From Octopus sinensis (taxonomy: Eukaryota): DNA of 64,000 bases. Below the pieces are notes generated by a model. That model ran no database searches. It saw nothing but the letters and a program-made list of their open reading frames with translations, and was not told where the DNA came from. The stretch spans positions 183,768,001 through 183,832,000 of the forward strand of contig NC_042998.1 in the NCBI RefSeq assembly GCF_006345805.1, read 5' to 3'. Below, one piece after another: positions 61,559 through 64,000 of the stretch. Numbering within the stretch: position 1 is the first letter of the stretch; each line of letters starts with the position of its first letter. Made by a program: the position numbers and the translations under genes.

Positions 61559-62069
61559 CCGTAAATCCTCGAGTATAGTCTGCCCTTGAGTATAATACGC
61601 AGGGGATTTTTAGGGGCTGTACTTCTGAAAAACCTAAACCTTGTGTATAATACGCACCCCTTCTCTAACTTGAGTCAAGGAGGTGTATATAACGTCCTTG
61701 GTTTGTAAAAATGTATACGGTAACGCCCTTTATTATTATTGTATATATAACATAATGCAAACGTGCAGCTTTTTTGTGCATTTTGTTTGCAGAAAATAAA
61801 GAAATAACAGTAATAACGTTTAATAAGTGTTGCTTACTGCAAGTTATGGATGATTCTTTTATGACTTCATTGCTTTCAGGCTTAGCTTAAAGTATTTTCA
61901 CGCCCGACATCACAAACTGCATCTGAATAAACATTGCCGGACAGCAAATAGAGAATTAAACATTGCTTAGAAAATAATTTTCATTTTTAACCTCGTGTAT
62001 AATACATACTAAGGATTTTGACCTTTAAATTCTGGGGGGAAAATGCGGATTATACTCGAGGATTTACGG
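61559..62069. mobile_element. 511-bp pogo/Tigger-like MITE
   Basis: TA|CCGTAAATCCTCGAGTATA...TATACTCGAGGATTTACGG|TA. Confidence 0.88.
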
Positions 62070-62699
62070 TAAGCTGCTGAACTGGATCCCAAAGAATTAG
62101 TCTTCTTCTCTGTCATCTATGTCGAATTCATTTTCCTGAGAGGAAGCGAAGAAAATTAGCCAGAACATTATAACTACTTCTAAGAGTGGAGCCTAGTAAT
62201 TTGAGATTGTTGTGATAAATTAGTTTGGAATTTAGTGTGAAGTTAAAGATGGCTCTGTTCTTGCCAAAATCGAGAAGAAAAAAGTCACATTAAAATTCAA
62301 GGGTTCACAGTATATGTTATAGTAAACAGTTTATGACTAAGATTAAGATGGTAAATGTGTATAAATTAACAAAACGAAATAAACTGGTTGGCAATTTTCT
62401 GTTTAGATGAACCGATGCAACTTCAACATGCAATATTTGCATTCAAGTATGAGCGCACACACACACAGTAGGTGTTGTAATTTGGGACAAAACATTTTGA
62501 TAACAATAACCAGATGATGATGTTAAGCGGAAGATATAACAATGTCTGGATTGAGATTCTATAAGCTGATAATTAATTTTTTTTAAATAGTTTCATTAAT
62601 TTTCATAAAAGCCATTTGATAACATCCACTGTGATTGTAATCAACACACTGGTGGCTCTACTCCCAGCACCAACATTCGATTCCATCACCGTTACCATA

Positions 62700-63770
62700 C
62701 ACTTGTGGCTAGAACACTTTACTTTTGATCTCTGTGTTATAGTGGTTGTGGAGTGGTTTACTTAGAGATTTTGATGATATCCAATGCTTTGATTTTAATT
62801 TTTAAATAGTTTTTGAAGAGTTTGAACGCACTAATGTTGATTAGAATAAACTGATAACATCCGCGATTATATTAAGCGGCTTCCACTAAATGTACCATAA
62901 ATGAACTGAAGTTCAAATTTGCACTAGGTCAGTGTACTTAGTAATACTTTCTTCATAACAAGAGAAGTTTTTAGCAAAAAATAAGCTTCTCCTCCTAGCA
63001 TTTGTTGATCTTGAGAAGGTCTTTACCAGGATACCACGATTTGTAGTCTGGTGGTCTTTAAGAAAATTAGGTGTAAGTGAAGGTAGTGCACATACAGAGA
63101 TGCAGTCAGTGAAATGGGAGTTGGCAATGAGTTCAATGAGGAATTGAGTGTGCAGATAGGTATTTATCAAACTTGTCTCTCATCCCTCTCTTTTTATAGT
63201 TCTCCAGGCTATAGCAGAGGAGTTTAAAGTTTTGGCTGTCCATGATGCAGGTGGCGTAATCATTATAATTGTCTGTTGAAGACTTAAAGAAATTTCAGAT
63301 ATAGAGACCAAAGCTAAAATCAAGAGGCCTCAAAGTAAACTTAAAGAAATTTTAGAAAGTAGGAAATTAGGAAATGTCTATGCTCAGTAAGCAGAAAAGG
63401 AGTTTGTAGGAACTCCATACAGTGCACACGGTGTAAACTATGGGTGTACCAGAGAACTGGGATCACAGTCAGGTTGATAGTGAATAAAGGCTTAGTACGT
63501 GGCAGATGTACAGGGGTAGTTAACAATAAAATAAATTCCTTTTGGATGGCTTCCAGAGAAGTAGTTAACTTCTGTTACCTAGGCAACCTAATCAACTGTA
63601 GAAGAGATTGCTCTGCAAAAATAGTAAACACCATAAGAACAAGGTGGAAAAAGTCGAGGTGGCTATTAATCCCTGGTGGCAACTAGGTGATTCTTTTTCA
63701 AGTAAAGGGTAATGAGATGGCCTTGAATACAGAGGATATGTAAAGACTGGGGAGAAATGAAGCAAGAATG
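62700..63770 (+). mobile_element. Decayed RTE-clade RT fragment
   Basis: AFVDLEKVFTRIPRFVVWWSLRKLGV; F.YLGN.I; .RT.WKK.R.L. Confidence 0.7.
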
Positions 63771-63799
63771 ATCCGAGGTACTAATACGTGCTAACCTGC

Positions 63800-64000
63800 C
63801 CAGCATCCATACCACCTTGATGCAGTCTCAGCTTCACTGGGCAGGGCATGTAGCTTACATGTCAGACGATCGATTACCAAAAGGATTGCTCTTTGGCAAG
63901 CTGCAAAAGGGAAAGCGCTCACAAGGTGGCCAGAAGAAGCACTTTAAGGACACACTGAAAGCCTTCAACGTCGACTATGACACTTGGGAGCTGTTTGCTC
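63800..64000 (+). mobile_element. RTE/BovB-type ORF C-terminal fragment (runs off the window)
   Basis: PSIHTTLMQSQLHWAGHVAYMSDDRLPKGLLFGKLQKGKRSQGGQKKHFKDTLKAFNVDYDTWEL. Confidence 0.8.

Overview
Repeat-dense eukaryotic genomic DNA, intergenic or deep intronic. The SINE families, microsatellite load and TTAGGG telomere-type repeats suggest a cephalopod (Octopus-like) genome; this is an inference. No intact host protein-coding gene, rRNA, true tRNA or CRISPR array is supported, and almost all ORF-track entries are translated microsatellites or decayed transposon fragments. The window holds non-LTR retrotransposon fragments (Tx1/L1, R4/Dong-type RLE, RTE, CR1), Penelope-type hammerhead-bearing remnants, at least three tRNA-derived SINE families, decayed Tc1/mariner transposases, Helitrons, Merlin-like (GG termini, 8-bp TSD), hAT and pogo-like MITEs, and long microsatellites. 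Most notable: (1) a U6 snRNA-SINE chimera inside one 17-bp TSD (48454-48797); (2) a Tx1-tailed SINE found nested at the same two nucleotides of its own tRNA head in two independent arrays, sharing its 3' end with a (TATC)n-flanked Tx1 LINE and an ORF1-only 'half-LINE'; (3) a tRNA-promoter element carrying a minimal hammerhead ribozyme with a Penelope-style inverted 5' tail (30759-31154).
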